DNA of 64,000 nucleotides from Octopus sinensis. Lineage: Eukaryota. The stretch spans positions 74,834,001 through 74,898,000 of the forward strand of contig NC_043001.1 of assembly GCF_006345805.1 (NCBI RefSeq). Direction: 5' to 3'. Positions 12,518 to 25,049 of this stretch are shown one piece after another (the first letter of the stretch is position 1; each line of letters opens with the position of its first letter). The notes beneath the pieces were generated by a model, which saw only the letters and a list, made by a program, of their open reading frames with translations, was not told the origin of the DNA and made no database searches. A program made the position numbers and the translations under genes.

Positions 12518-12640
12518 TAAGATGATCTGGTTCTTGACTGATGACTGAGGGCTTCGAATGTCCCGTCCTGTGGTTCTTGTGTCGTCTCTGTGGTGTTTCA
12601 TGTTCTTGTCCATGTCTGTAATTATTTTTACTGTTTACCT
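12518..12640 (+). mobile_element. Short (TA)n-associated interspersed element (possibly Penelope-derived); second copy at 34005-34117 (-)
   Basis: gttcttgactgatgactgagggcttcgaatgtcccgtcctgtggttcttgtgtcgtctctgtgg... occurs in both copies, each ending in (TA)n. Confidence 0.7.
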
Positions 12641-12914
12641 ATATATATATATATATATATATATAACTGACAAGATGGTAGGTGAGCGAGCACTATTAAC
12701 ACACAATCCAGAACAACCTGACATACAGTCGGAGCGCCGGCGACTGACCAGCAACCCGACTCACAAACATACACACTGCGCCTGCTTTGTACAAAGGTCG
12801 ATCTTTTTGACCGTCTGCCGGACAAATAACGATGTCAGGGAAAGGGCGTATGAACGCCGGCAATATCAGCAGTCAGCCACATGGACATATGTATATGACT
12901 ATATACATACACGT

Positions 12915-13220
12915 GGAGGCGCAATGGCTCAGTGGTTAGGGAAGCGGACTCGCAGTCGTAGGATCGCAGTTTTGATTCCCAGACCGGGCGTTGTGAGTGT
13001 TTATTGAGCGAAAACACCCAAAGCTCCACGAGGCTACGGCAGGGTGGGGTGATCCCTGCTGTACTCTTTATCCGCAACTTTCTCTCACTCTTTCATCTGT
13101 TGGCCTGCTCGCTTAGCCAGCGGGTGGTGTCATTTGAAGGCTAAATACCAATGCGAAGCGCATTGTGACCAGCGGTGTGTAGCAACACCTGATGGCTTGG
13201 TCGGTCACGTGATCACGTTA
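12915..13220 (+). mobile_element. tRNA-derived SINE, family 2 variant
   Basis: A box tggctcagtgg, B-box-like gtttgattccc; central gagcgaaaacacccaaagctccacg shared with 22660-22970. Confidence 0.8.
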
Positions 13221-13254
13221 TATACATACATGCATACATACATACATTGACATG

Positions 13255-13370
13255 GTTGTACTGTAAGATAGTTTTGCAACCACGTGGTTTCAAGTTCAGT
13301 CTCACTGAGCGGCAACTCGTGCAAGTGTCTTTTACGTTAGTCCTGGGCCCAGCAATGCATAGTGAGTATA

Positions 13371-13447
<77 letters not shown>

Positions 13448-13660
13448 TTTTATGTGTATGTGTTTGTCTCTCCTCCAGCATTGCTTGACAACCGATGGTG
13501 GTGTGTTTACGTCCCCGTAACTTAGCGGTTCGGCAAAAGAGACCAATAGAATAAGTACTAGGCTAACAAAGAATAAGTCGATTTCCTCGACTAAAGGCAG
13601 TGTTCCAGCATGGCCGCAGTCAAATGACTGGAACAAATAAAAGAGTAAAAGTGTAAAAGA

Positions 13661-13695
<35 letters not shown>

Positions 13696-13915
13696 TGTAT
13701 ATCTTTGTGTCTGTGTTTGTCTCCCACCCACATCGCTTGACAACCGGTGTTGTTGCGTTTACGTCCCCGTAACTTAGCGGTTTGGCGGAAATGGTCGATA
13801 GAATAAGTACTAAGCTTAGAAAGAATAAGTCTTGGGGCCGATTCGTTAGACTAAGGGTGATGCTCCAGCATGGCCGCAGTCAAATGACTGAAACCACTAA
13901 AAGAATAAAATAATG
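13255..13915 (+). mobile_element. Family-3 SINE pieces (CORE-like, internal microsatellite; tail ...cagtcaaatgactgaaac)
   Basis: Shared blocks gtccccgtaacttagcggttcggcaaaagagacc and ctccagcatggccgcagtcaaatgactg. Confidence 0.8.
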
Positions 13916-14221
13916 AATGTGTGTGTGTGTGTGTGTGTGTACTTGTGTACACGTACATTTAAATATGTATGTGAATACGCATGTAAGTATGTGTGATCGT
14001 ATTACCAACGGTGTTTGAAGTGTCTGACCTGATTAATTTTATTCTACATTTATACCTATATACATGTAGCGAGGTAGGTGTTTAATTGCCTTTTGAGTGC
14101 ACACAACATAACAACTTCGCACATGTATCGCGTTTGTCACCATAAATCTTGATATGTCGGCACTGTTGTCGTCCATCATACATGATGTTTGTCACTCCGC
14201 TCGTCACCTCTCACATTCTTA

Positions 14222-14257
<36 letters not shown>

Positions 14258-14344
14258 CCTCTTCTGTCTGCTTTCTGTCTCTGTCTGTCTCTCTCTTCCT
14301 TTCTTGTATATATCAAGACTCAACAGTAGACCTTTCGTCATGAC

Positions 14345-14957
14345 GAGGCCTGGCCAACTTAACGCCCGCGGTCCGCAGACTTTTATCTTACGGCACGCTT
14401 GATACTTTCTTGAAATGGGTTTATTTAAACATAGATTTCACTGTAAATATATATGTTTGTGAATGCTGGACAGGCACCTCAATCAGCAGATCTCACTATC
14501 CTGGGCTGATGACGGGTTAAGACCCAGAAACATGCATGTCCTCAGGTGTGAATCTTGACTGGTATGGGTGCTTGCCTCCCCTTCACAAATATAAGGACAC
14601 AGAAAATGTGTCAAAGCCGACAGGAAGCGTTCGATGCTTCCTAGGGCTAAACAGTGGTGGTGTAATTCCCATACGGGACTGTCACGTTAAGTTGACAGTA
14701 TACAACCACTCGGTTTATTTAAATAAACATTTAAAAATTTTTTATCAAAAATTAAAGATTGAAATGAAAAATAAAAAAGAAAGATACTACTGTTTTTGCA
14801 ACGATAATATTTCATGTTGAACCAACGATCATTCATTCATTATTGTAATAATAGCATGAGAAAGCAAAATACTTTCAATTTTGTCAGTATACAAGCGGCC
14901 TTGAAATAGCTTTCTGTGGTTGGTGGCCCGCAATGTAATTCGAGTTGGCCAGGCCTG
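14345..14957. mobile_element. Non-autonomous hAT DNA transposon (MITE)
   Basis: TIRs (c/g)aggcctggccaact at both ends; 8-bp TSD gtcatgac at 14337-14344 and 14958-14965; 8-bp TSDs are typical of hAT. Confidence 0.85.
14500..14546 (+). ncRNA. Type I hammerhead ribozyme (minimal, palindromic stem III)
   Basis: Stem I CCTGGG/CTCAGG; core CTGATGA (14506-14512); stem II GGGT-TAAG-ACCC closed by a C-A mismatch; GAAA (14527-14530); stem III ACATGCATGT; GUC triplet with predicted cleavage after 14540. Confidence 0.75.
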
Positions 14958-15149
14958 GTCATGACGAACAGGATTTCATCCATATTTATGACAACGAAAT
15001 GTCGCCACTTTCTTCTTTCCATTGTATAGTACTAGACGGGATGCCGGCATGTAACTGGGTTAACTTCCCGACTCTTACTGCAACTCATTTGTACCTGAAC
15101 GGTCTGGAGCAACGTGAGATGAATTGTTTTACTCTGGCACGGATGTGAC

Positions 15150-15303
15150 TGAGTGGTACGAAGCTTGTTTCCCAACCACGAAGCTTGTTTCCGCGTTCAG
15201 TACCACTGCGTGACGCCTTGGGCAAGTGTCTTCTACAATAGCCTAGGGCCGACCAAAACATTATAAGTGGATTTGGTAGACGGAAACTGAAAGAAGCCCG
15301 TCG

Positions 15304-15374
<71 letters not shown>

Positions 15375-15590
15375 GTGTCTGTGTTGGGACCTCCATCACC
15401 ACTTGACAATCAGTGTTGTGTTTTCGTCCCATTAACCTACCTGTTCGGCAAAAAAAGCCCGATAGAATAAGTACCAGGCTGCAAAATAAGTACTAGGGTC
15501 AATTAGTTCGACAAAAGAGAAAAGCCCTTCAATGCGGTGCTCCAGAATGGCCGCAGTCAAATGACTGAAACAAGTGAAAAAATAAAGAAC
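15150..15590 (+). mobile_element. Family-3 SINE with internal (GT)n
   Basis: ccactgcgtgacgccttgggcaagtgtcttctac...gacggaaactgaaagaagcccgtcg-(GT)n-...cagtcaaatgactgaaacaag. Confidence 0.85.
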
Positions 15591-16099
15591 ACAACGCACC
15601 ACCCAGACCGTGAATCGAAACTGCCATCTTACAATAATGAGTACAACACCCAATTCACAAGGCCTTACGCCTTCACTCCCGCCTTAATGTTAGGTATGAA
15701 CATACAATGAGTGATTCCACGAAATCTATGATTTTATCAATTATATTGCTCTGTTAAAGTTCTGCTAAAACAGTCGCGAAATTCACATCCTGTTAGTAGT
15801 AAGAAGAGCGTCGAACAAAATGCCTTGCATTATTTCTTCAGATATTTTACGTTCCGGGTTCGAATTCCACTGGATCTACTTTGACTTTCATCCCACCGGA
15901 GAAGATAAAATAAAATAGCAGTCACGTACTTGGATCACATTATTCCCTCTGCTCAAAACTACTGGTCGTTCGCCTTAATTATAATCCATAATCATATAAA
16001 TCTACGTAAAATCGGCTAACATTAGTGTGCCTTGCTGTTATCAATCTGATAGTTTTCTTAACAACTGTTTGTTTTAGTAACACATTTAAACGCCGGTAA

Positions 16100-16872
16100 G
16101 GCTATAGGCATAGGCATGTCAATGTGGTTAAGAAGATCGCTTTGCTACCACGTTGTTTCGAGTTCAATATCACTGCGCAGCATATTGGGCATGTGTCATC
16201 TATTTTAGTGTCAGGCTGACCAATGTCCTGTGAATGAACTTGATAGATATAAACTATGTGGAAGCCTCTCGTATAGATGTGTGTGTGTGTGTGTGTGCAT
16301 GTGTCTTTGTAATAGCCTGTTCCCAACACCGACACTTAATAACCGGTATTGGTTTGTTCCTGTAGCTTAGTGGTTCAGCAAAACGGATCGATAGAATATG
16401 TATCAGGCTTAAAAATAAGTACTGGGGGTCTATTTATTTGGCTAAACCCTTCAGCATGTGCTCCTGAATGGCTGAAACAAGTAAAAGATAAAAATAAATA
16501 TTGAATTATCTTAATTGTTAAGCTGAATTCTCTTGGAATTGAGCATTGGCATTAAGAACTGGAAGACATTCTTGATAAGAACGAAATGGTTACCAACGCT
16601 TTTCTACGTCCCAAAGTTATATACTACAATTTTACATGCTTCAGTTATTGGACTGCAGCCGTATTGGGACATCGCTTTGAGGGGTTTAGTTGAGCAAATC
16701 GACCCAAGTGCTTATTTTTATAAGCCTGTACCTATTCTCTCAGTCTGTTTTGCCGAACTGATAGGTACGAGGACATGAACAAACCAACATTGGTTATCAA
16801 GCAGTATTGGGGGACAAACACCAAAACACACACACATACACACACATATACATACATACATACATACATACA

Positions 16873-16904
<32 letters not shown>

Positions 16905-17100
16905 CACACACACACACTCATACAATATATATGTATGTATAAACATGGGGTTTCTTTCAGTTTCCATCTGACAAATTCACTCATAACGCTTTGGTTAGCC
17001 CGGTAGAAGAGACTTGCCTAAGGTGAGGCACAGTCAGACTGAGCCCAAAATGTCATGGATGGGAAACAAGCTTCTGAACCACGCAGCTACGCCAAAGCTC
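16100..17100. mobile_element. Two family-3 SINEs in opposite orientation (+ 16100-16500, - 16630-17100)
   Basis: Same diagnostic blocks on opposite strands. Confidence 0.7.
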
Positions 17101-17620
17101 AAATTCCGGTGAAGTTGACTTTGCCTTTTACCCTTTCGAGGTCGATAGGTAAAATGTACTGGGGTTTGGTATAATCGATTAGCCCCCATCACCCGAAATT
17201 GCTGGCCCTGTGTCTAAATTTGAAACCAGTATTAGAATATAATAAATATGTAATATAATATTAAGTTCAAATTTGGTATAAGGGCAGCAAGTTCGGGGGA
17301 GGAGGTAAGTTCGATTTCATCGACCCCAGAGTTCAACTAGTATTTATTTTATCGATCCTGAAAGGATGAAAGACAAAGTTGACCGCGGCGGAATTTGAAC
17401 TCAAAACGTAAAGCCGGACAAAATGCTGCTAAACGGCAAGCTGGCAGATTCGTTAGCACACCAGGAAAAAATGTTCGACGCCATTTCCTCCGGCTCTTCG
17501 CAATCTGAGTTCAAATCCTGGCGGAATATTTTTGGTGCCAATAAAATAAAGTGCATGTCAAATAGTGAGATCGATGTAGTCGACTTGTACCTGCCTCTCA
17601 AAATTGCCGGCCTTGAATCC
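17090..17620. mobile_element. Cluster of family-1 SINE fragments, both orientations
   Basis: ctcaaattccgg..gttgactttgccttt and the reverse-complement cgaaaggatgaaag..ggaatttgaactc blocks. Confidence 0.75.
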
Positions 17621-18242
17621 TGCAACGAATCGGCGTCATCTTCCAGAGGAATGTTGTATTTTCGGTTACTTATTCGCCATGGATACCGGTTAATCGCACT
17701 TATAAGTCCTAGGAATAAAGGGAAAAAAATTTAACGCATAGGGATATGGTAAAGAAGCTGGTTTCGTGATTAGGTGTCTCTGACTTCAATTACATTCCGC
17801 TCTTTAATGAGAGCAATGTGTGATTGAACTCAAACTTCACTGTCATTAAAGTTTAAAATCGTAAATCAACTAAATCGTATTAATCCTAACCTTAACCCAA
17901 AACATAATCTTCATCATATAACTCTTAACCCAAAACATAATCTTCATCATATAACTCTTAACCCTAAATTCAATCCCCAACAAAACCTGAAAGCCTAACC
18001 AATATGTACCATAAATGGTTGTATATTGAACATTACTGCATGTGTTGTATTCGTCTCAGCATACGCACATTCCGGATGAGAAAGCTAATGTTTACACACT
18101 CACACGCGCACACACACACACACAGATATACGTGCATGTATATACTGTTGCGTCTAAGGAGAGTAGTAAGTACATATATATATACATATGCGTACGTACA
18201 TACATATGTATGCTTAGGTATGTGTATGTATATATACATATT

Positions 18243-18293
<51 letters not shown>

Positions 18294-18297
18294 GTAT

Positions 18298-18330
<33 letters not shown>

Positions 18331-19128
18331 CACATGCACATGCACACACAGCACACACATACACATACACACACTCACACATAAAGACTTAAATGCAAGC
18401 TTATCATTACTCGGCTAATGATTAACAACAAACAGGATATGCACTTACCTAGTAACCACTAGTAAACAATTTTGTTTTATATCCTCTTACGTATCATATT
18501 ACTTAATGATACACCTCCATAAACCCCCCACCACCACACACACACACATGCACATGCACATGCACACACATATACACACACTCAGGTACGCATGCAAATA
18601 CTTATGTACATCTATATGTACAAATACACATTCTATTGCTGACATATTTATTCAACCGTGATGCACAACAATGTCAAAATACAAATTATCTTTTATTTAT
18701 GGTTCACAAAAAGCGTAAGATTACAACGTTGCAGTCATATCGTCTGATATCTACAGCGGCTATTGATTTTAATGGTCATTATTATCACAGACTATCTCAC
18801 CAACTGAAAACAGTTTCTCTTTTTGCTTGTGTAAGAATCTCTCCATTTTTTTTCTTCTCACAAGCTTCGACCTCTCATAATAAAAGTATATTTGTAATTG
18901 CTTGATCCTATCTATATACATCTGTCATGCTCGCCTCTGTCAGTCAGTTTGGCAATGCATATATGAGGTCACTGTTAGTGTTAATGGTAACATGTAAACA
19001 CAGTACAATCTGTTGCATGGTGAATCGTCAGTGACTTAACAAGCTGCACTAACAAGTATGATTGTTATGAAGAGTAGTTTTTGTAGGACACCCCGCAGAA
19101 TGGGAAACAAAACCTGCTGACACCTACC

Positions 19129-19159
<31 letters not shown>

Positions 19160-19659
19160 TGTATGTATGTATGTATGTATGTATGTATGTATGTATGAAT
19201 GTATTTATGTATGTATGTATGTATGTATATATGTATGTATGTATGTATGTATGCGCGTTTGAATATAAGTATGTGTATATATATACATGTTTGAATGTAT
19301 GCGTGTATGAATGAATATATGTATGTATGTATATGTATTATGTATGTATGTGTGTGTATGTTTATATGTATGTATGTTTCTATCAATGGCTATTTATATG
19401 TAATGATGTATGTGAGTGCGTATGTACGTGTGTATGTATATATGAATGTATGTACGCATGCATGTCTGTATGTGTTTATGAATGAATATATGTATGTATG
19501 TATTTATGTGCGTGTACCTATGTGCGTGTGTGGGGGTGTATATGTATGTGTACATAAAATTTATTGCATGTAGATCCGTATGTTTTGATTTAAGTAAACA
19601 AACATATGCATGTGTTTTTATGTGTGTAAATGTATATATTAAATAAAATAAATAAATGC

Positions 19660-19905
19660 ACCCTTTTAAAGCCTAGCCAGGCTCATGGACTCGGTTTCCC
19701 AGTTTCAATGGCCTATGTGTTCCCCAGCTGGACGGGACGCCAGTCCATTGCGGCGTTAATCATTTTTTACCTGCTGAGTAGACTGGAGCAACGTGAAATG
19801 AAGTGTTTTGCTCAAGAACACAACGCGTCGCCCGGTCCAGGAATCGAAACCACAATCTTACGATCATGATGTTGACACCCTAACCACTAAGCCACGCGCC
19901 TCTAC
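19660..19905 (-). mobile_element. tRNA-derived SINE, family 2
   Basis: Reverse complement of 52678-52905 (gaggcgcgtggcttagtggttagggtgtc...gttcttgagcaaaacacttcatttcacgttgctccagt). Confidence 0.85.
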
Positions 19906-20189
19906 ACCCACCAATGATTACCGATAGAATTCTCAAGTAATATAGTCTGGGTTTCGTATCAATAGATTTGTTTTTAGTTCTGCTAAGAGGTTTCATTTAC
20001 CTTTCATCTTTAACATTACCTTCACGTCTACTAAAAATATCTAATTCTTACAACTGCATCCTTTATTTTCTCAAGCCCAGATCTTTATGCTTGGCTGTTG
20101 TACTTACACCATACAGAACTTTTGACAGAAACAGTACACCAGTATTGTTTTACAGAATGGGTTTTATACCCTCTACATCATTGTAACAT

Positions 20190-22600
20190 TTTATATTTTT
20201 ATCTTCAGAACTATCATGTCTAAGGATTGTATAGTATATCATTTTGGTTACGACATGATGCCTCATTGATGGACAATATTATGCTGACATTTTGACGGAC
20301 AGTTGCTTACGATGTGGGTTACATCTTCGGTGTTAGTTCTACTGAATCATCTCCGATTGTCACACCTAAATGTTCTGCTGTATTCTTATCCTTTTTGTAC
20401 ATCAGGTATTCTGCTGCTGTCTTTTGTCCATAGACTTATTACTACAGAGTCTCTGAGATCCATTTTTATCGGGCATTATATTCTTTGGTTATGCATTCCT
20501 AGTTACAAGGAATGTATAACCAAGAAATATAATGATCATAGAATACATTTTCATTAATCCCTAAGAATCTGATGTATTCCTCGCCAGATATTATAGAAAT
20601 AGTCAGACCATTAACAGACCTATTGCTAGAATGACTCGTAGTTTTCCTTTGCTTTGCAATCAAGAAACCAATCCCTCCTTTATCTCATTTAAACGTGTTG
20701 CTCTCATCAAGGCTCTTCTTCGTACCATTCATATGTTAGAGATATACTTTCAGTTCACCATCAAAGAAAACTATGTGCAAGGGAGATGTTGCTGTCTTCT
20801 TGTGTTGCAATCAGATTTCCTCAACAAAAAGGATCAGAGATACAAAAGGCATCGCAGAAACACGGTTTTCTTGAATATATCCCGCGATATTTTATCTGAA
20901 ACAATAGAATCACATTTTTCTAAATAAATCCACGATGGTGACTCCGGACGCCAAAAGACTATCTGTATCTTTGATTATGATATTTAGAACTCTAGCAAGA
21001 CAAAGGGCATCAAGCATCCACGAATGGGGAAGAGAATTGATTGCTTCCTTGTAATTCAAGCATACTCTGTCCAAATTCCTTCTATACCGTCGTACTTCTT
21101 GTATCGCAGTTTTGTTTATTAAAAATTGCTCTAAACATCGCCAAACTATTTTTATCACTGCTGGTTGTTTGCCTGTAATGATATAGAGCAATTGGTTCGG
21201 AGAGGCTGAATACATTTTATACATTAAATTCTGGCATGTAATTGTCCAGAAGTTCTTTGCACGAGAAAGGTCTTGTTTTATGATATCATATTTGATCCTA
21301 TTTATGCTAGCCAGGGTGCTAAATTTACGTCTCGTTGATATTCAGAGATCGTTGATAAGTTACTCTTGATAACAATTTATTTATTTATTTTCATTTATTG
21401 CACTTGTATTTGATAATAAAGACTCTTCCTGGTGTTTTTCAAACAAATCTTTTTCTATGACAGTTTCTAGGACATCATTACTGATAACTGTATTGATACT
21501 GCATAATTACTGATACATTACGCTTTTACTATAAAGCAGGAACAATATTTCCTTCGAATTTCTAACCACATTGCATTGTGGTTAAACTATTTTTACCCAC
21601 TTCAGATTTTCCCCAGATTCATTCCATATCTTCCTGAGAAGAATACTCGGATTTGTTATAAAAAAACCCTCATCTATCTTTCTCTCTCTCTCTCTCCTTC
21701 TCTCTCTCTCTCTTTCTCTCTCTCTCTTTCTCTCTCTCTCTCTTTCTCTCTCCCTCTCTTTCTCTCTCTCTCTCTTTCTCTTTCTTTTTCTCTCTCTTTT
21801 TCTTTCTCTCTCTAGGCTGCTGATTGATTTCTACTGAATTTCTTGTTAATTATTTTTAGCAACTATCTTTTGGTGGCGGAGATTTTCATTGAATTTTAAA
21901 TCCTCTTTACGATCAATTTAAATTCAGATGTTATCTTTTTTTTAACATACATTATTTATTTTCTTATTGATTTTTTTTTGTGAGAGGACAGGTATTTGCA
22001 TCTTCATATTTGATAAATGTCGCTACATCACTGATAGTCTTCCATATATCAATGGTCTTTTTACTCGTTTTTCAAATCCATAACAATATTTTTTTTTCTT
22101 GGTCGACTTTTTCTTTAAGAAACTGCTTAAAAATTGCAGGTAGAGAATATATACAGGCGTTTATTTTCCAGGTATTTCATCACTTTACTGTAAATAGTCA
22201 CCTAGACATCGCTGTTAAGGACCACGTAATTTAGTAGGCCTCTTTTTAATACGAATCAAATTTGGAATTTGACATGTAGCCGAAGTTTTAAAAACGAAAT
22301 ATTTTTTTTAAGCAATTCATTAAGAATATATTTTAAATGTTTGTAGCGTGCGCTCTCGTTGTTCACAATATCTTTATTATCTTGTCTGCTGTTATGGTCA
22401 TTGACAGCTAGATGTGGACAATGAACCTTACTAAGAGCAGATATACAAAGAGTTAGAGACTGGGCCGTTGTCACATGTAGTGTAGCTAAGTCCATTCTGT
22501 TTGGAATATATTCGTCTAATGCAAATTGTATAGTGTTCACATTTTTGGGGAAAAGTGTTACAATCATCAAGGCCCTTTTTACAGTCAACAACTGTAATTA
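20190..22600 (-). mobile_element. Long degenerate R4/Dong-clade LINE (N-terminal region through RT), split by (CT)n at ~21678-21815
   Basis: LNYKEAINSLPHSWMLDAL (RT), WGKIWS..NHNAMWL, and N-terminal IQFALDEYIPNRMDL...ILNELLKKNISFL, resembling the R4 pre-RT region. Confidence 0.75.
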
Positions 22601-22659
22601 CTTCTATCGTTAAATTAATTTAACTCAAAGTGAAGTTTGTTCCACTACAATTTCATTCT

Positions 22660-23232
22660 GTTCCTAAATTGTTTAATCCTTCTCGAGCCATGCCTGGCTC
22701 ATAAGGGCTCGTTTCCCGGTTTCCTTGGCGTATATGTTCCCCAACCGGGCGGGATGCCAGTCCATCGCAGGTGAGCTGCAAGATGCAGGAGGAAAGTGTG
22801 AGAGAAAGTTGTGGCGAAAGAGGCACCAGAAGTTCGCTATTACATTCTGCCGGAGCCGCGTGGAGCTTAGGTGTTTCGCTCATAAACACACACATCACCC
22901 GGTCTGAGAGTCAAACCCACGATCCCTAGACCACGAGTCCGCTGCTCTCACCACTAGGCCATGTGCCTCCACTAAAAATAAATGCATCCTTTTTAAAGCC
23001 TAGCCAGGTTCATGGGCCCGGTTTCCCGGTTTCTGGGACGTATGTGATCCCCAGCTGGACGAGACGCCAGTCCATCGCAGCGTTACTCATTTTTGCCAGC
23101 TGAGTGGACTGGAGCAACGTGAAATGAAGTGTTTTGCTCAAGAACACAACGCGTCGCCCGGTCCAGGAATCGAAACCACAATCTTACGATCATGATGCTG
23201 ACACCCTAACCACTAAGCCACGCGTCTCCACT
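22660..23232 (-). mobile_element. Two adjacent family-2 SINEs (22660-22970 variant; 22985-23232 standard)
   Basis: Both have tRNA heads and share the 3' block gcgatggactggc..cccgtccagctgggga. Confidence 0.85.
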
Positions 23233-24318
23233 CTGTTCCTAAATCCGACAGAGGTAACTTTATTGTTGTATCATTGTACTTACATAAGTCATTATCGAGT
23301 TTGTAATTCCAAAAGAAATGATTTTATAATTTGATTTCTTTTGTTGCCTATTATGTTTCGATGGTGCCTTTCATCGTTTCTTTCACCGATGTTGATATCT
23401 TGTCCAGCTATGATCTTTGTAATTTCAGTAATTTACAAAGAATATCACTACTACAATGAATAAAAGATTTCTTCATTGAATTTCATAAGAGCAAAAGCCA
23501 GCTTTTTGTTGTTGTTTTTTACAAGAAGAAAAGATTGAAAGTAGTAAAACAACCTACCACTCTAACGTTTACCCGAGTCACTATCAGTTCATAAGATAGG
23601 AAAATATTAATTTTTACCTAGGCTGTGGAACCTGCTGCATGATTTTTCAAAATGATGAGGTGGCATTCTCACGTGTTAATTCATGTCTTTTTTCTGCCCC
23701 CCCCCCCCTCGCCCAGACTTTTTGTCTCGCCTTTTCTTTGTTTCTCTCTCTTCCTCTTTCCCGCTTTCTTTTCTCCACTTACCAATGAAGGAATAACCGT
23801 CAAAAAACAGTTTTTCTCACTCTCTTTAAAACTTATACCAATTACCATTGTGTATTTTACATTGAGTGTGTATACATGCATATGTGCATGCATACATACA
23901 TACGTACATACATGCATACATAAATACATACATACATACATACATACACACATAAATACATACATACATACATGCACACATACATACATACACACATACA
24001 TACATACATACATACATGCATACATGCATGCATACATACATACATACATACATACATACATACATACATACATACATACATACATACATACAGACTGACA
24101 GATAGACAGATAGACAGACAGAAACCGGTTCTTTCTCTATTGGCAAGAAATCTTGAAATAAACTGAATAATGAAATGCATACACACTTACGCGCAGACTC
24201 ACATATTCATAAATATAAGCTTGTTGATATTATTTTTTTTTAGCTTTTCATGAAAGCTTTAAGACACACAGAACAATGTAGTAGGAAACTAGGAAATATG
24301 TGCGTGTAAGTGTATGGA

Positions 24319-24360
<42 letters not shown>

Positions 24361-24410
24361 TGTGTGTGTGCATGAGCGTATGTGTCTCTTTATCTAACTA
24401 TATCTACTAG

Positions 24411-24463
<53 letters not shown>

Positions 24464-24741
24464 TCACATGCAATATAGATATCTATTAATGTGTGTGCGT
24501 ACATGTGTGTATGCATGTGTACGTGTGTGTACTTACTCTTTCAAATTAAACCTGAACACATTGATTAACGAGCATGCAAAGCATATCTGTCTATATCTTT
24601 ATTATTCAAACGAACAATGGAAAAAAGTTAAGAAAACTTCGGTAAATAACGCTTTTTGTTATCCTTTTAGAAAACACTTCAACTCTTTCTATTACTTTGT
24701 TGATGAAAGATTTTATCTACCTTAGCCAACCTATTTCTTAC

Positions 24742-25036
24742 CCTCTGGCAGCCAATCATGAAAGTCCTGCGTAATTGCTTGAATGGTGTTCTCTTTGGTA
24801 TGTATTACAGCATAACCTAAAGATCGATCTTCAATCGCTCGTTTGTTATTTCTTAAATTTTTCTTTTTATCTGGATAATTAAGTGAGGGACCATGTCCGT
24901 GATCCTTAAAAGGGTGGAAGAAAGCATTCTCAAACTTGATACCCGGACCGAATGTTCGTCTGCCAATGGTATTCAAGGTACCAAGCGGTGGTGTTAAACC
25001 GGTTGACGGATGAAGTTTTCGGTACATGTAATCCAT
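24742..25036 (-). CDS. Candidate orphan coding exon (98 codons + 1 nt), product unknown
   Basis: Non-repetitive ORF MDYMYRKLHPSTGLTPPLGTLNTIGRRTFGPG...QDFHDWLPE ending at a G|GTAAGA donor; no partner exon found. Confidence 0.3.
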
Positions 25037-25049
25037 TGTGAGATTTGAA

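Noticed and set aside
11339-12520. Numerous 60-200 aa ORFs such as [20 protein letters not shown], poly-N/I/L/C (here and throughout the window)
   Set aside because: Translations of (TACA)n, (CA)n, (TA)n and trinucleotide microsatellites; no coding signal.
12530-12570. CTGATGA...CGAAT GTC as a hammerhead (also 34080-34112, minus strand)
   Set aside because: GAAA is incomplete and no stem I can be formed; at most a decayed relic.
12915-12990. tRNA-like sequences (also 52678, 22900-22970) as tRNA genes
   Set aside because: They lack complete cloverleaf ends and continue into SINE bodies present in multiple copies.
17880-18000. cctaacc/ttaaccc units (also ggttagg at 40650-40675) as interstitial telomere
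   Set aside because: Only a few degenerate units plus a 35-bp tandem duplication; no (TTAGGG)n array.
22256-22591. 111-aa minus-strand ORF as a host gene exon
   Set aside because: Lies upstream of and co-oriented with the R4 RT remnants and resembles the R4 pre-RT region; treated as LINE.
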